Source: Octopus bimaculoides (taxonomy: Eukaryota). Taken from it: a stretch of 56,669 bases of DNA. The notes under the pieces are model-generated. The model ran no database searches. It saw only the letters and a program-made list of their open reading frames with translations, and had not been told where the DNA came from. The stretch lies in NCBI RefSeq assembly GCF_001194135.2, contig NC_069000.1, positions 26,159,670 through 26,216,338 on the forward strand. The letters run 5' to 3'. Both the position numbers and the translations under genes were made by a program. Below are positions 24,301-37,624 of the stretch, one piece after another; position 1 is the stretch's first letter, and every line of letters begins with the position of its first letter.

Positions 24301-25099
24301 ATTTTATTATATTTCAATACCCGTGAATGTGCAAATTAAAACGCAAAATGTCGAAACAATTTGTTGGCCTTTTATGGTGGTTTTTATCATTTTTTATGTA
24401 ACATAATATAAGTAAATTATCAGATTCTCAATTAAATATCTCTATATTTAATTCATCTTATATATATGTGTGTGTATAAGTATAGTTGCGTTAATTAATT
24501 TATTGAGAATCATAATATAGTTTAAGCTCTTTCTGGTTATCTTGCTAGCATCTTCTGAGGTATGTTCTTTTATGTAGACATTGCGAATTTATAGTTAATA
24601 AAATAAGGATAGGGAAGAGTATCTGACATTAATTAATTTATCACCAGCAACAAGAACTTAACTGTCAATTCCCAATGGTCTTTAATTCTGAAGGGATGCA
24701 GAATACTTGCTGCATTGGATCTTTTGATTGTGAGAAGGATAAAGATGAATGTAGCTATATCACCACTACTCTTTCTTGACCCCCATTGTTATTCTCTTCT
24801 GCCAATCTCTATATCATAGTAGGCTTTAAGTATTTTCTCCCTAAGTTCATTCTGCTACAATAATAGCAGTAAACATTGTAATTCTTTTATTCTCTAGTTC
24901 TGATGAAAAATTTGCTAAAAAATTATAATGGAGTATCCTGTATGTTGAAAACCTTTATGGTCTTATGCTTCCGAGGAGAGCGTTGTATTTCAAATTTCGA
25001 TTGCATGAACTAAAAGTCGAAGGAGAACGAGATTAACTACCTGCATCAACTTGCTATAAAAGCAGGTAGTAATTTTACCTTGTCTATATTCTTAGTGCA

Positions 25100-25831
25100 A
25101 GTTTTAAAGAGTGCAGTTCAATTTTAACAGTTATTTTTCAAAGCTATAATGGAAGTGACAAAGGATCATATTCGGCATATTTTATTTTATGAGTTCAGTA
25201 AAGGCAACAACGCAACTGAAAGTATGAGGAATATTAATGCAATATATGGGGATCGGATAATAAGCGTAAGCCAGTGTCAACAGTGGTTCCAGATATTCCA
25301 AGCCGCAAACTACAGTCTAGAAGACGAGCCTTGTCCTGGAAGACCTGTAGAGCTCGACGAGCACGTCCTGCAAACCCTGGAGGAACAAAATCCCATCATA
25401 ACTGTTGAGGAACTAAGCAGAGAAGCTTGGATTTGGTCATTCAACCATTCATCGACACCTGCGTACCATCGGAAAAGTCAGCTAATTGGTTTCAAGACGA
25501 AAGGTGTCCTTCCATCGGGATAATGCTCAGCCACATACAGCGAAGATGACATTCCAAAGGCTGGAATAGTTTGAATGGGAAACGATGCCCCACCCACCAT
25601 ATTCGCCAGACATTGCCCCATCTGATTATCATTTATTCTGCAATCACCAAAAATCATTTGGACGGAATAAATATGAATTGTGTAGACTAGGTCAGAACAG
25701 TACTGGAGAAGTATTTTTTTGTTACGGACAAGAGCATTGTAGAAAATGAAGGAGAGTATATTTTACATTAAAAAAGAACTCTGTTTATCTTAATTTTTTT
25801 TAAACCGCATTATTTATGGGATGGCCCAATA
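25100..25831 (+). mobile_element. Mariner (Mos1-like) relic with internal deletions
   Basis: MEVTKDHIRHILFYEFSKGNNATES...WFQIFQAANYSLEDEPCPGRP (HTH); later DNAQPHTAK and HPPYSPDIAPSDYHLF. Right TIR ccgcattatttatgggatggcccaata + TA. Left TIR not found. Confidence 0.88.
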
Positions 25832-26363
25832 TAGATGTACATACATATATGTGTGAATAACGGTTCCAGATATTGACTTGCGTCGAGTTAAAAAATATTA
25901 AGTTAATCTGTGTAACTTTTGCCGTTAATCGGTATTTATGTAACGTTGTGTATACACTTTTAACTACAAAATAATGTCTTTCGTAAGGTTTTTGGAGTGG
26001 ACATCAAAAGGAAAATACATCTAATACTGTGTACGGTATCTAAAAACAAACAACTCGCACATTAAAATAAAGTTGTTATGGCAATACTAGCAACAATAAT
26101 GTTGTTTTTCCGTCGCCTAAGCAATATATCATTTGCGTTAACTGACACAAGTAAAATAACACTGCAATGACAATTTTGAAGGTGGAAATTTTTTTTACTA
26201 CGTAGTACGAACATGTTCATACTACGTGAACATGACGCAAAGTGAATTGGCCTGGTCTTAGCATGTGCCTGAAGGCCTGAACATGATAGATGGGAGAGGG
26301 CATTAACCCTTCGTAATCAGGTTTAATCTCGGTTCTGTCGGGCTCTTTTTAAAGACTCTAGGT

Positions 26364-26625
26364 CAGTAGTTTTCAACCATCTTTACTTGTGGACTCTTTA
26401 ATTACTATTCTGGTGAATCCCCATAGCTATTTTATGTGTAAAATCTAGTTTTATTGATGCTTCTTTCAAAATTCCTATTTTGTTTTTCACACGTTCATTT
26501 GTATAGGTTTGTGATAGTACTCTCTGAGAGAACACGTTTCAGTGGCAAAAGAAAGAAAACCTAGCTGTTTCTTGCAATAAATACATCTAAGAGCAAAATT
26601 TATTCATGGACCCTTAAAATACTAT
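26364..26625 (+). mobile_element. hAT/Charlie-like MITE fragment
   Basis: Starts cagtagttttcaacc...tgtggactc, with later catggaccc. Right TIR not seen. Confidence 0.45.
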
Positions 26626-28289
26626 TGTAAAACTTTGTAATTCCTATTAAACACATGTAATGATAATGGTGAATAAATAATACCAAAACAGTTTCCAAGT
26701 TCCTGTTTTGTTATATATGTGTGGGGGGACAAACACAAACACACACATATATATATATATACAGCTGGCAAAAATGAGTCACACAAACTTCTTTGTATTA
26801 ATGAAGCAGAAACAGCTGTAATTTATGAAATGTGTCATTTGTTTGTATAAAATATTTAAATTGAATTGAATTTATAATTGTTCAAATTATTGTTTTGTTT
26901 TTTTCATTTCTGATTTATATTTATAGGAACTATATATATATATATATATAAATTATTTATTTTATATCCTTTCAAAATTTCTCTCAAGCGTTACCCATTA
27001 CAATTCGTCTTGGCCTAACTGTCCTAAATGTCTGTCTTCGCCAGTTGTTTACTTTCATACGTCCACTCTGGTGTCGTTTGTTCGTTCGAAACCCTAACCC
27101 TCCACAAATTTTATATTTTTTAAATTTCTGGATGCTGCTGTCTTATGAAGTTTTCCTGTCTTGTCATTAAAAGCACGCAACAGGAAGTAATATCACAGTC
27201 GACAGCTGAGGAGGGGTTAGACTTCTTTTGGTATTTTGTCCCGTTCTTCTCCCTTGTGTGTTTACACATTTTTCACTCGCTGGTGATGTCCTGTTCTTAG
27301 TGTGTGTGTGTGTATATATATGTGTGTGTGTGTGTGTGTGTATGTATGTGTGTGTATATATATATATATATATATGTATACTAACAATATGAGTATATGC
27401 ATATATATGTACATGTATGTACATACCTTCATCTACATGTACATATAGATACATAACTGGGTACATGACGTGGCAAAAGAACATGGACAAAATGATAAAC
27501 AAGGTACAACAAACAAGCAAGCCACATAGAAACATCTCCTTCATCAGCTGCCACCATTAAAACACCGGCGTTTCGAAGNNNNNNNNNNNNNNNNNNNNNN
27601 NNNNNNNNNNNNNNNNNNNNNNNNNNNNNNNNNNNNNNNNNNNNNNNNNNNNNNNNNNNNNNNNNNNNNNNNNNNNNNNNNNNNNNNNNNNNNNNNNNNN
27701 NNNNNNNNNNNNNNNNNNNNNNNNNNNNNNNNNTATATATATATATATAAACTTTACTTTGTTATCTCGTGAGCAGTCACCGTTTCTGTTATTTATTCAT
27801 TAAGCACAATAATAAATCAGATTTTAGAAAAGAATAAAAATGAGATTAAGTAGCATCTATTTATCTTCTTTTTTTTTTTTCCACAAAAGTGTAGTATTAA
27901 TTAGTAGTGTTTAAAATAAATCATTAAAATGATTTCAGCTATTCAATGTTGTATAAATAATACAAGTACGCCATGTTAGCTACTAGTTCTTTGTTAATAA
28001 GTGGCCTTGGACAGTGGCAGTGCTGATAGCACAAGGCAGCAGGATGGGAGAGGAAAGGAGGAGGAGAAAAGAAAACCAATATCAATACTTTCTCAGTATT
28101 TTTCCATTCGCTGTTATTCCAATCAGATGACATACTCCTACTGTAAATAATAAATCAAATTGCAAATGACAGCAGAAAATGCGCAGCCTTCGGAATACTG
28201 TACGTGTATAGCACGCACGCGTGCCTATGCACACGCATGCATGCATCCATACATGTGTACAGTCATACATCAGCTTTCAACTCTTCCCT

Positions 28290-29050
28290 TATTTTCTTCG
28301 ATTTTCCTCTTTTCTTTACAAACCGATCCTACATATGTCTATACCTACTTAGTCTTTTCCACGATGTATCTGACACTTCGTATACCAAGTTCTTTCTTTC
28401 ACTTATTCCCCACCTTTCATGCATACTAATATTACACAACCATCGGAAGATGCTTACTTCATTTCGTTCCGATGCACATGATACGTCAGTGTCATACATC
28501 ATTTCAAGAGAAACTCTTCGTTACCAGCATGAGTAATAGCTCTCAATGCACGTTCAAACCTCTTACTCTGCCTACGACACTTTCAAAAGACCCACCTCCT
28601 TTACAAATTTGATCATAAAGGTAATAAAAGCTGTCAACTACTTTCCATGCATTTGGGGTCAGTTTATTTCATGGGTATTCTTTTGTGCATGTGTTATATA
28701 CATGATTTTTCTTCACTACCAGCCTGTTTGTAATCCCACCACATCTCTTATGCACCTGTTGTTTAAATTTTGTGCACTGTACAGAGTTCCTACCTCACTT
28801 CTTTACTGCATATTGAGTTTAACTATATCCCTCATGGCTGCAGAAACCTAACAGATTCAGCTTTTAGAAATTAGAGCTTTGATTTATTGGAGTTCCCACA
28901 ATTTTAATATTTCTGTCATGGACGAGATAAACACGGAGTTGAGAACTGAACCCAGGATGACTTCATTATTACATTTCAATACAAGGCTCACAGCATTCTT
29001 TAGGTCAATATATGCTGGTTTGACAAGGTAAAGTGGCTTAAGCTTAAATG
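28290..29050 (-). mobile_element. Old RTE LINE RT fragment
   Basis: Minus frames: VILGSVLNSVFISSM (QGSVLSP-like), VGRNSVQCTKFKQQVHKRCGG, KVVDSFYYLYDQ, ELLLMLVTKSFS. Homologous to 31090-31497. Confidence 0.75.
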
Positions 29051-29609
29051 CACATTTTTAGACGATCCCGTACATTAGATTTCATCAAACCTATAACAGG
29101 GAATAATTCCAGATGACGACGGTGCTTTTCCTGATGATCTTAGATGGATGTCAGCAGTGGGAATGCAAACGCTGCACAGAACAGCTAAATCAATATGGCG
29201 TCATCTATTTAATTGTACAAGCTAAATTATGGTACATCATCTATTCTGCATAAATTATGTTAAATGTTGCATATTCTCAGCAGCTACATATCTATGTGCT
29301 TTTGGCTGGAATTAATCTGTAATATTCCGAACAAACAGCAAAGATTAAATCAGAAAAGTTTTACACATGAAATATTTAGCACTGCGAAGTTTTCTAAATT
29401 CATACACAGAGAGTAGATATTTGCGTGTATATAATTTTTGTAACTATATATGAAACAGTTGTATGTGTGTGTATATATATGTGTATGTATGGGTATATAC
29501 ATATATATACATATGTATATATATATACATATATGTGTATGTGTGTATATGTATGTGTATATATATGTATATATATTTGTATATATGTATATATATATGT
29601 GTATGTGTG

Positions 29610-29650
<41 letters not shown>

Positions 29651-30110
29651 NNNNNNNNNNNNNNNNNNNNNNNNNNNNNNNNNNNNNNNNNNNNNNNNNN
29701 NNNNNNNNNNNNNNNNNNNNNNNNNNNNNNNNNNNNNNNNNNNNNNNNNNNNNNNNNNNNNNNNNNNNNNNNNNNNNNNNNNNNNNNNNNNNNNNNNNNN
29801 NNNNNNNNNNNNNNNNNNNNNNNNNNNNNNNNNNNNNNNNNNNNNNNNNNNNNNNNNNNNNNNNNNNNNNNNNNNNNNNNNNNNNNNNNNNNNNNNNNNN
29901 NNNNNNNNNNNNNNNNNNNNNNNNNNNNNNNNNNNNNNNNNNNNNNNNNNNNNNNNNNNNNNNNNNNNNNNNNNNNNNNNNNNNNNNNNNNNNNNNNNNN
30001 NNNNNNNNNNNNNNNNNNNNNNNNNNNNNNNNNNNNNNNNNNNNNNNNNNNNNNNNNNNNNNNNNNNNNNNNNNNNNNNNNNNNNNNNNNTATATGTATG
30101 TATATATAAA

Positions 30111-30161
<51 letters not shown>

Positions 30162-30331
30162 GTATGTATATATAAATATATGTATGTTTGCATGTATATA
30201 TATATATATGTTTGTGTGTATATATATATGTATATATATATATATGTGTGTATATATATACATATATATGTGTGTGTGTATATATATGTGTGTGTATATA
30301 TATGTGCATATATATATATATGTATATATAT

Positions 30332-31495
30332 GGGTTGGACAGTATGACTGAGGACTGGTGAGCCAGATGTCTGCACCAAGCTCCAATCTGATCTGGCAAA
30401 GTTTCTACAGTTGTATGCCCTTCCTAATGCCAACCACTCTGGGGATGTAGTGGGTGCTTTTATATGCCACTGGTATAGGAGCCAGTCAGCAGCCCTGGCA
30501 ATGATCACGCTCAGATGGTGCTCTTAGCGCTCCACTAGCACAGATACCAGTCATGCGGTGCTGTCATGGAATTTGATTTCAATTTCACTTCCCTCAACAG
30601 GTCTTCGCAATCAGAGTTTAGTGTCCAATGAGGGAAAGGTATGCATAAGTGGGCTGGTTACACCACTGGCATAGGCTACGGGTTATGGTCTCACTTGGCT
30701 TGCTGGGTCTTCTCAAGCACAGCATATTTCCAAATGTCTTGGTCATTTAGTCATTGCCTCGGTGAGGCCTAATGTTCGAAGGTCATGCATCACCATCTCA
30801 TCCCAGGTCTACCTCTTCCACAGGTTCCCTCAACTGCTAGGGTGTGGCACATTTTCACACAGCTATCCTCATCCATTCTCACCACATGACCATACCAGTG
30901 CAGTCGTCTCTCTTGCACTACACATCTGATGTTTCTTAGGTCCAACTTTTCTCTCAAGGCACATTGACATTACACATCCAGCAGAGCATACTGCCTTCGT
31001 TCCTTGCAAGCTTACGCATGTCCTCAGCAGTTACGGCCTATGTTTCACTGTCATGTAGCATGGCTGTTCGTACACATACATCATACAATCTACCTTTTAC
31101 TCTGAGAGAGAGGTCCTTGGTCACCTAGGTAATGGAAACTATCAACTACTTCTAGTTTTTCTCCCTGGAATGTGGCAGAAGTTGTTCTCTGCACATTTTC
31201 AGTGTTTATTGCTCCTGAGCATCTGCCACATACAAAAACTATCTTCCCAGTTAGCCCTCCTTTGATATTGCTGCACCTTTTATGTGTCCATAGCTTACAC
31301 TGGATACATCTTATAGAGTTTCTACCTACACCTTTTCTCCAGATCAAGCAGGGCCATCTACCTGAAGGGATTTGTAGTTTGTCTGCCTTCCTACTTATTA
31401 GGACTTTGGTTTTAGCTAGGTTGACTCTAGGGCCCTTTGATTCTAATCCCTGCTTCCACACCTGAAACTTCTCTAGTTCTGATAGTGACTCAGCA

Positions 31496-31497
<2 letters not shown>
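30332..31497 (-). mobile_element. RTE LINE, 5'-truncated (RT C-terminus + 3' UTR)
   Basis: AESLSELEKFQVWKQGLESKGPRVNLAKTKVLIS...PHD-like insert...LEVVDSFHYLGDQ; further RTE coding at 30780-31080; 3' UTR gagtggttggcattaggaagggcatacaactgtagaaac...gtccaaccc. Confidence 0.9.
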
Positions 31498-31526
<29 letters not shown>

Positions 31527-31554
31527 AATAATGTGACAATTATTCGGTAACCAT

Positions 31555-31615
31555 GATAAAACTCCGAGTTTTGGATGTCAGGGTGGAAACCCACACCGCC
31601 ATCTCTTCAGTTATC
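31555..31615 (-). ncRNA. Type I hammerhead ribozyme relic (G12 to A)
   Basis: Minus: gataa-CTGAAGA-gatggcggtgtgggtttccaccctgacatcc-AAAA-ctcggag-TT-ttatc. Stems I, II and III are all formable; GAAA is lost by an apparent CpG transition at 31572. Confidence 0.6.
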
Positions 31616-31835
31616 GGGCCATCGAAAAATGCTATGAAAATGACCATTAAGCAAAGGGAAATTACTGTGTGATTAACCATTATTAAGACAAAAGTCCACT
31701 GATGAGGTAACAAAAGTGTGACGAAACAACTCTGGCCTTGGCCAAAATATAAAATGAATCTGAAGCAAGTGAACACCAAATATATAGTGCGTGTGTTTTT
31801 ATTGGCTTAACTGGCAACATGAATATACATATATA

Positions 31836-31890
<55 letters not shown>

Positions 31891-33029
31891 NNNNNNNNNN
31901 NNNNNNNNNNNNNNNNNNNNNNNNNNNNNNNNNNNNNNNNNNNNNNNNNNNNNNNNNNNNNNNNNNNNNNNNNNNNNNNNNNNNNNNNNNNNNNNNNNNN
32001 NNNNNNNNNNNNNNNNNNNNNNNNNNNNNNNNNNNNNNNNNNNNNNNNNNNNNNNNNNNNNNNNNNNNNNNNNNNNNNNNNNNNNNNNNNNNNNNNNNNN
32101 NNNNNNNNNNNNNNNNNNNNNNNNNNNNNNNNNNNNNNNNNNNNNNNNNNNNNNNNNNNNNNNNNNNNNNNNNNNNNNNNNNNNNNNNNNNNNNNNNNNN
32201 NNNNNNNNNNNNNNNNNNNNNNNNNNNNNNNNNNNNNNNNNNNNNNNNNNNNNNNNNNNNNNNNNNNNNNNNNNNNNNNNNNNNNNNNNNNNNNNNNNNN
32301 NNNNNNNNNNNNNNNNNNNNNNNNNNNNNNNNNNNNNNNNNNNNNNNNNNNNNNNNNNNNNNNNNNNNNNNNNNNNNNNNNNNNNNNNNNNNNNNNNNNN
32401 NNNATATATATATATATGTATGTATGTATATGTATGTGTATGTATACATACATACACTTATACACAGAAATATGCATGCATACATAAGCCTAAGTGATTC
32501 AGCTGAAAAAATTTGGTGAGAAATTACAATTTTGATACAGCATATCTGAAGGATTGCCACACACGCACGCACACACATATGCACAGTGGATAATTGGAGC
32601 TTCTTAATATGGCATAAAGCAGTGCTCAACATAAATACGTAAGCAGTATTGATTAAATCCTGAAGGACACAAAATACTACTATAAACAAATGCATTGCAA
32701 CTACTGCCACCACTGCCTCCTCCCTCATCCAACCAATAGCAACATCATCACTACTGTTAATTTCATATATACCGTACTATCGCCCACACACACATACATG
32801 CACTAATACCACCACTACTGCGATTTATTCTAAAACCAGCTTTAACTCATATATGTAGTCCTTCCCTATTTAAATCACATCATTAATTATCTAGACTAAG
32901 TTCAAAGCCAGATTTTAATGAAATGGTGGGGGTGGCAGGGTAATAGAAGTGAGTGGAGGGATACATGTCTGTGTGCCGTATTTTAACATGTATAAGGGGA
33001 TCACCTAATTTTGAGGGCTTAAAATTTGG

Positions 33030-33246
33030 GAAAATGTTTTGGGGGGGGGGGCTTTGGAAACAATGGAAGATGTATAAACAGATAGATAGATAGATATAGA
33101 TATATATACCACATCCATCTCTCTATCTATCTGACTATCAATCTACCTATCTATCTATCTCTCTATCTGCCTGTCTATCTATCTATCTGCTTATACATCT
33201 TCCATTGCCTCCAAAGCCTCACCCCCCCCCAAAAAAAACAATGTTC
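33030..33246. repeat. Intronic inverted repeat (~70-bp arms)
   Basis: gaaaatgttttggggggggggggctttggaaacaatggaagatgtataaacagatagataga pairs with tctatctatctgcttatacatcttccattgcctccaaagcctcacccccccccaaaaaaaacaatgttc. Confidence 0.85.
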
Positions 33247-33454
33247 TTTTATAAACAAAACCCAAAAAAACACTTGTTTTATATAAATAAGCAAGATCTC
33301 TGTATTTTCACAGAATTATATTTGACAAGCGCTAATATATGTATAAAATAAATGAAAGAAGTTATTCCAAAATTCTGACGACTTTTTTTTTCAATATATA
33401 TATATATGTGTATATGTATGTATATATATATGTATGTATGTATGTGTATGTATA

Positions 33455-33515
<61 letters not shown>

Positions 33516-33796
33516 TTGTATGTTTTTATTTCCTTGCCTTGACATCACATGATAGCTGCAAACCATTATGCAAGCAGTTTCTTTCATTTCTGGTATTTTG
33601 GTCAGTTTGCTTGTCTGTAACTTTTCTATTTCTACCATTTCATATTTTACCTCATATAAACAAATATTTTAATAAATTGATGTTGATGATGATGACAGTG
33701 GTGATATGCAAGATAAAAATAATTGTTCTGATAAGGTCAGTAGTGGTGGAAGATTTTTTTGGTTTAACTAATCATTTCCTTTTGTATATTTTGCAG

Positions 33797-33986
33797 GTTG
33801 TGAAAACCATTGATGAAGAATCAAATTCTTCAACTAGTGATGATAGTTCCAGTATCTCCAGTGATGAGAACAAAGACCGAGGCAACTGGACAGGCCGCTT
33901 AGACTTCATGTTGTCTTGTGTTGGCTTCGCTGTTGGTCTGGGAAATATCTGGCGATTCCCTTATCTCTGTTATAAGAGCGGTGGAG
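33797..33986 (+). CDS. SLC6 exon: N-terminus + TM1
   Basis: ttgcag|GTT...GGA G|gttagt; VVKTIDEE...[36 protein letters not shown]; phase 0 to 1. Confidence 0.95.
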
Positions 33987-36900
33987 GTTAGTTTTATATG
34001 AATTCTACTCTTCTGCCTTTAAACATCTACATTGGCCACCTTCTAATTAATCCCTCCTTTCTTAGTTTGGTTTTCTTTTTCTTCTTCCATTTTTCCAGTT
34101 GATACCTACTTTTTTATCTTTCTCCATTACATAAACTGTAAAACTGCAACATCAAGGTTATAAGTCCTCCAGCAATGTCCCCCAAGTGTCCATATCCATA
34201 ACCACACACACACACACACACATACATATTCTCAAGCCTGTGAAGGAGCCTTTACATGGTTGCTTGACCCACTTGAATTAGCAGCTAAATCTCAACTCAC
34301 TATTATCCTTAAATAAAAAAGAAACACCTACTGTACTTGGATAATGTAATCCTATCCTGTCCCTACAACAAGGATATAGTTGACAAGGCTGGAACACCTG
34401 ATCATATGTCTGTTTGATTAGAGTTGACCTGTGACTAAACAGCACATGCACATACACTCACACACACACACATTGCTTATGAAGCCAATATTTAGGTGAT
34501 ATCAAAAGCATTTAAGCAAATGGACATGATAAATTTCCCAGTTGTCTACATTGTTGCATAGAACACCCAACTGATGAGATATAATTCATCTCTGAGTGGT
34601 TGGCGTTAGGAAGGGCATCCAGCTGTAGAAACTCTACCAAATCAGACCGGAGCCTGGTGTTGCCATCCGGTTTCACCAGTCCTCAGTCAAATCGTCCAAC
34701 CCATGCTAGCATGGAAAGCGGACGTTAAACGATGATGATGATGATGATGATTCTCAACCTAGTGCATAGCTCTCCACATGATTGCACAGTCCTACTAGAA
34801 ATATCAGCCAAATTACCTTCAAATCTCACCCTACCTTCTTGAAAGCAAAGAGGCAACATTAGTCCTTAATGTACAAAAAGATGTGATGTTTAGCTGGTAT
34901 GCCTTTGATCAGAGCTGACTGAAGATGCAAGCACCCACCCAACAAAGTATGCAAGATTGCTGCTTATAACTCACTCCTTCTGTTTGTATCATATATATAA
35001 GCATGTCTAATGCTCTTGTATCTTTTTGTGTTTCAGGTGCTTTTTTGGTTCCTTATTTTTTGTTCTTGTTTCTGTGTGGAATTCCTCTGGTCTTCATGGA
35101 AACTTCTTATGGTCAATTTGCTAGTTTGAGTCCACTGGCAGCATGGCGAATCAGCCCTATGTTCAAAGGTACGTTTCTACTTTGTGTGTGTGCATGTTTA
35201 TTTGTTTGATACTGATTATTATATCTAATGTCACTGAAAGTTTCTCATCCTGCTTGGCCACAACAGCTGCTGGGAAATCAAAAGTTTTGATTACATACTT
35301 TATGCAACTGCATCCAAAAATAGCACCATTTAGCTGACTGATGGTGATTCACTTCCCAACAAGCTTCAATCATTAGCATACTGATTTGCGGTTCCCTTTT
35401 ATAAATACTACAACTACATCTGTTCTTCTAAACATTACTAGTTGCATACCCTCACCACCCAATCCCACCTATGATATAAGCTCTTCTCTCACTGTTCTTC
35501 CAGTGTCACACTTCTCAGACACTTGCACTAAACAATTCTGTTTATTTCTTCTTTCTTGGAATTAGAATCCTTGAGAATGCCATATAGATACTCAAACCTC
35601 AAATTAAACATCAACCACATTAATTTCTTCAGTCTGAGAGGGAGGACCAGCAAAGTTGATGAATACAGCCTCTTATTAAACACTTTAGCCATTTGGATGT
35701 CCATTTTCCTAATATTTGGTCTTTCTCTAACTTTTAGTCTTTCAACTGACTAAATTACTATATAAAGTAATCATGTCACTTCATTTAATGCTGTAGTCTT
35801 TACCAGAATGATAACATTCCTTTAATCTAATATATTTTTTTGTTGCAGGAGTTGGTTATGGAATGGTGATCGTGTCAGGCATCGTATGTATTTACTATAA
35901 CATCATCTTAGCCTGGACACTCTACTATCTGTTCTACTCATTCAGAGAAATACTGCCTTGGAGTAATTGTGAAAACAAATGGAACTCCAAGAACTGTGCT
36001 GTCACCGAAAGGCAGAATGTAACAGCAACCCCCAACAGTATTGTATTTACCACCAATGGTACTATGTTGACCAATGCCACCTCACTTGTCGGACTCTCAA
36101 ATGCCACAGATTTGGTAGACAAAATGACTAATGATGATATCTTGTCCAATGTCACAAAAGTATCACCAAGTGAAGAATTTTGGCAGTGAGTTTTCTTATT
36201 ATATTAGGTGTATGTGTATCTGTGTTTGTTTGTCTGTCTGTCTGTTTGTGTATGTGCATGCATGCATGAAAGAAAGAGAAAGAGTACAACTATAATTAAC
36301 ATATAGATTGTACATATAGATTGTACAACACTCCTTATTTGTGTTGGTATGTTCAGAAAAATGTTACACGGAATGCATTACCATCATTACATTATACCTT
36401 TACATCTCTATTATAAACTGTACTCTAGTATGGGCTTAGCTGCAATGTCAGAAACAAACTAAAGAAAATATATAGTATTCATATTTGCATACAAAAATGT
36501 AGAGTGCTCAATGTACACATTAGAAGTGTATAGAGTGTTATAAATATGTGTACTAATGCCAAAATCTTTAAGCATGAAGAAATAATCTTATCAGCACACT
36601 AACTAAAACCATCTCTTTGTGAAACAGAACACCATACTCTTTTTCTCCCCTACCCAAATAAAGGAATAAAATAAAAATCAAGAATATACAGGAAGAAAAT
36701 AGCTTGCAAAAAAAACGAATGGATACACACATAGTTGTATGGCTTTACAAAGCTCATACCAACTCTACATGTTTTGATGCCACTACCTGTCACCTTGGAC
36801 AAATGTCTCCTACCATAGACTTTTGCCTATTGAAGCCTTCTGTGAAAGCCTATCAGATAGACCAATTAACCAGTTTATCACTAACACCTGGCCTTTGGAT

Positions 36901-37257
36901 ACTTCTGTAAGCTTTTGAATCAGGTTTCCAATCAGAGGTTCCTCCTAGTAGTCTCAGATGTTCTAACAAAAGTCATCAGCAGCTGCTCCTTTCTCCCTCT
37001 GTTTAAGCCATTTCAAATATATATGTAATGTCTACTATTTCTCTTTCTTCTTTCTCATCATCAATTAACTCAGTCACTCTGTTCTTTCTTACAAATGAAA
37101 AGGTTGAAAGTGTTGGACATCACTGATGGTATTGAAGATTTGGGTATTATCCGATGGGAACTGTTGCTTTGTCTGCTACTTGCATGGGTTGTGGTATTTT
37201 TGTGCCTGTGCAAAGGAATCAAGTCTTCTGGCAGAGTAAGTTGTTGTTCTTTTTATG

Positions 37258-37292
<35 letters not shown>

Positions 37293-37295
37293 CAT

Positions 37296-37334
<39 letters not shown>

Positions 37335-37541
37335 CAGCAGCAGCAGCAGTATTGTATTTCACCCATCTACACATTCTGAGTTCAAATTCCCCCAAGGTCA
37401 ACTTTACCTTTCATCCTTTCAGGGTCAATAAATTATGTACCAGTTAAGTACTNNNNNNNNNNNNNNNNNNNNNNNNNNNNNNNNNNNNNNNNNNNNNNNN
37501 NNNNNNNNNNNNNNNNNNNNNNNNNNNNNNNNNNNNNNNNN

Positions 37542-37624
<83 letters not shown>

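Noticed and set aside
23985-24565. Donor-like sites ACTG|GTAAGG (23993) and GAG|GTATGT (24559)
   Set aside because: No in-frame ATG upstream. Splicing to 33797 would leave no start before TM1.
26197-26290. GAACATGTTC and neighbouring CATG cores resembling p53/p63 half-sites
   Set aside because: Explained by a small local duplication (actacgt..gaacatg); only one canonical half-site.
27089-27101. aaccctaaccct telomere-like motif
   Set aside because: Fewer than two full units, inside an apparent dispersed repeat.
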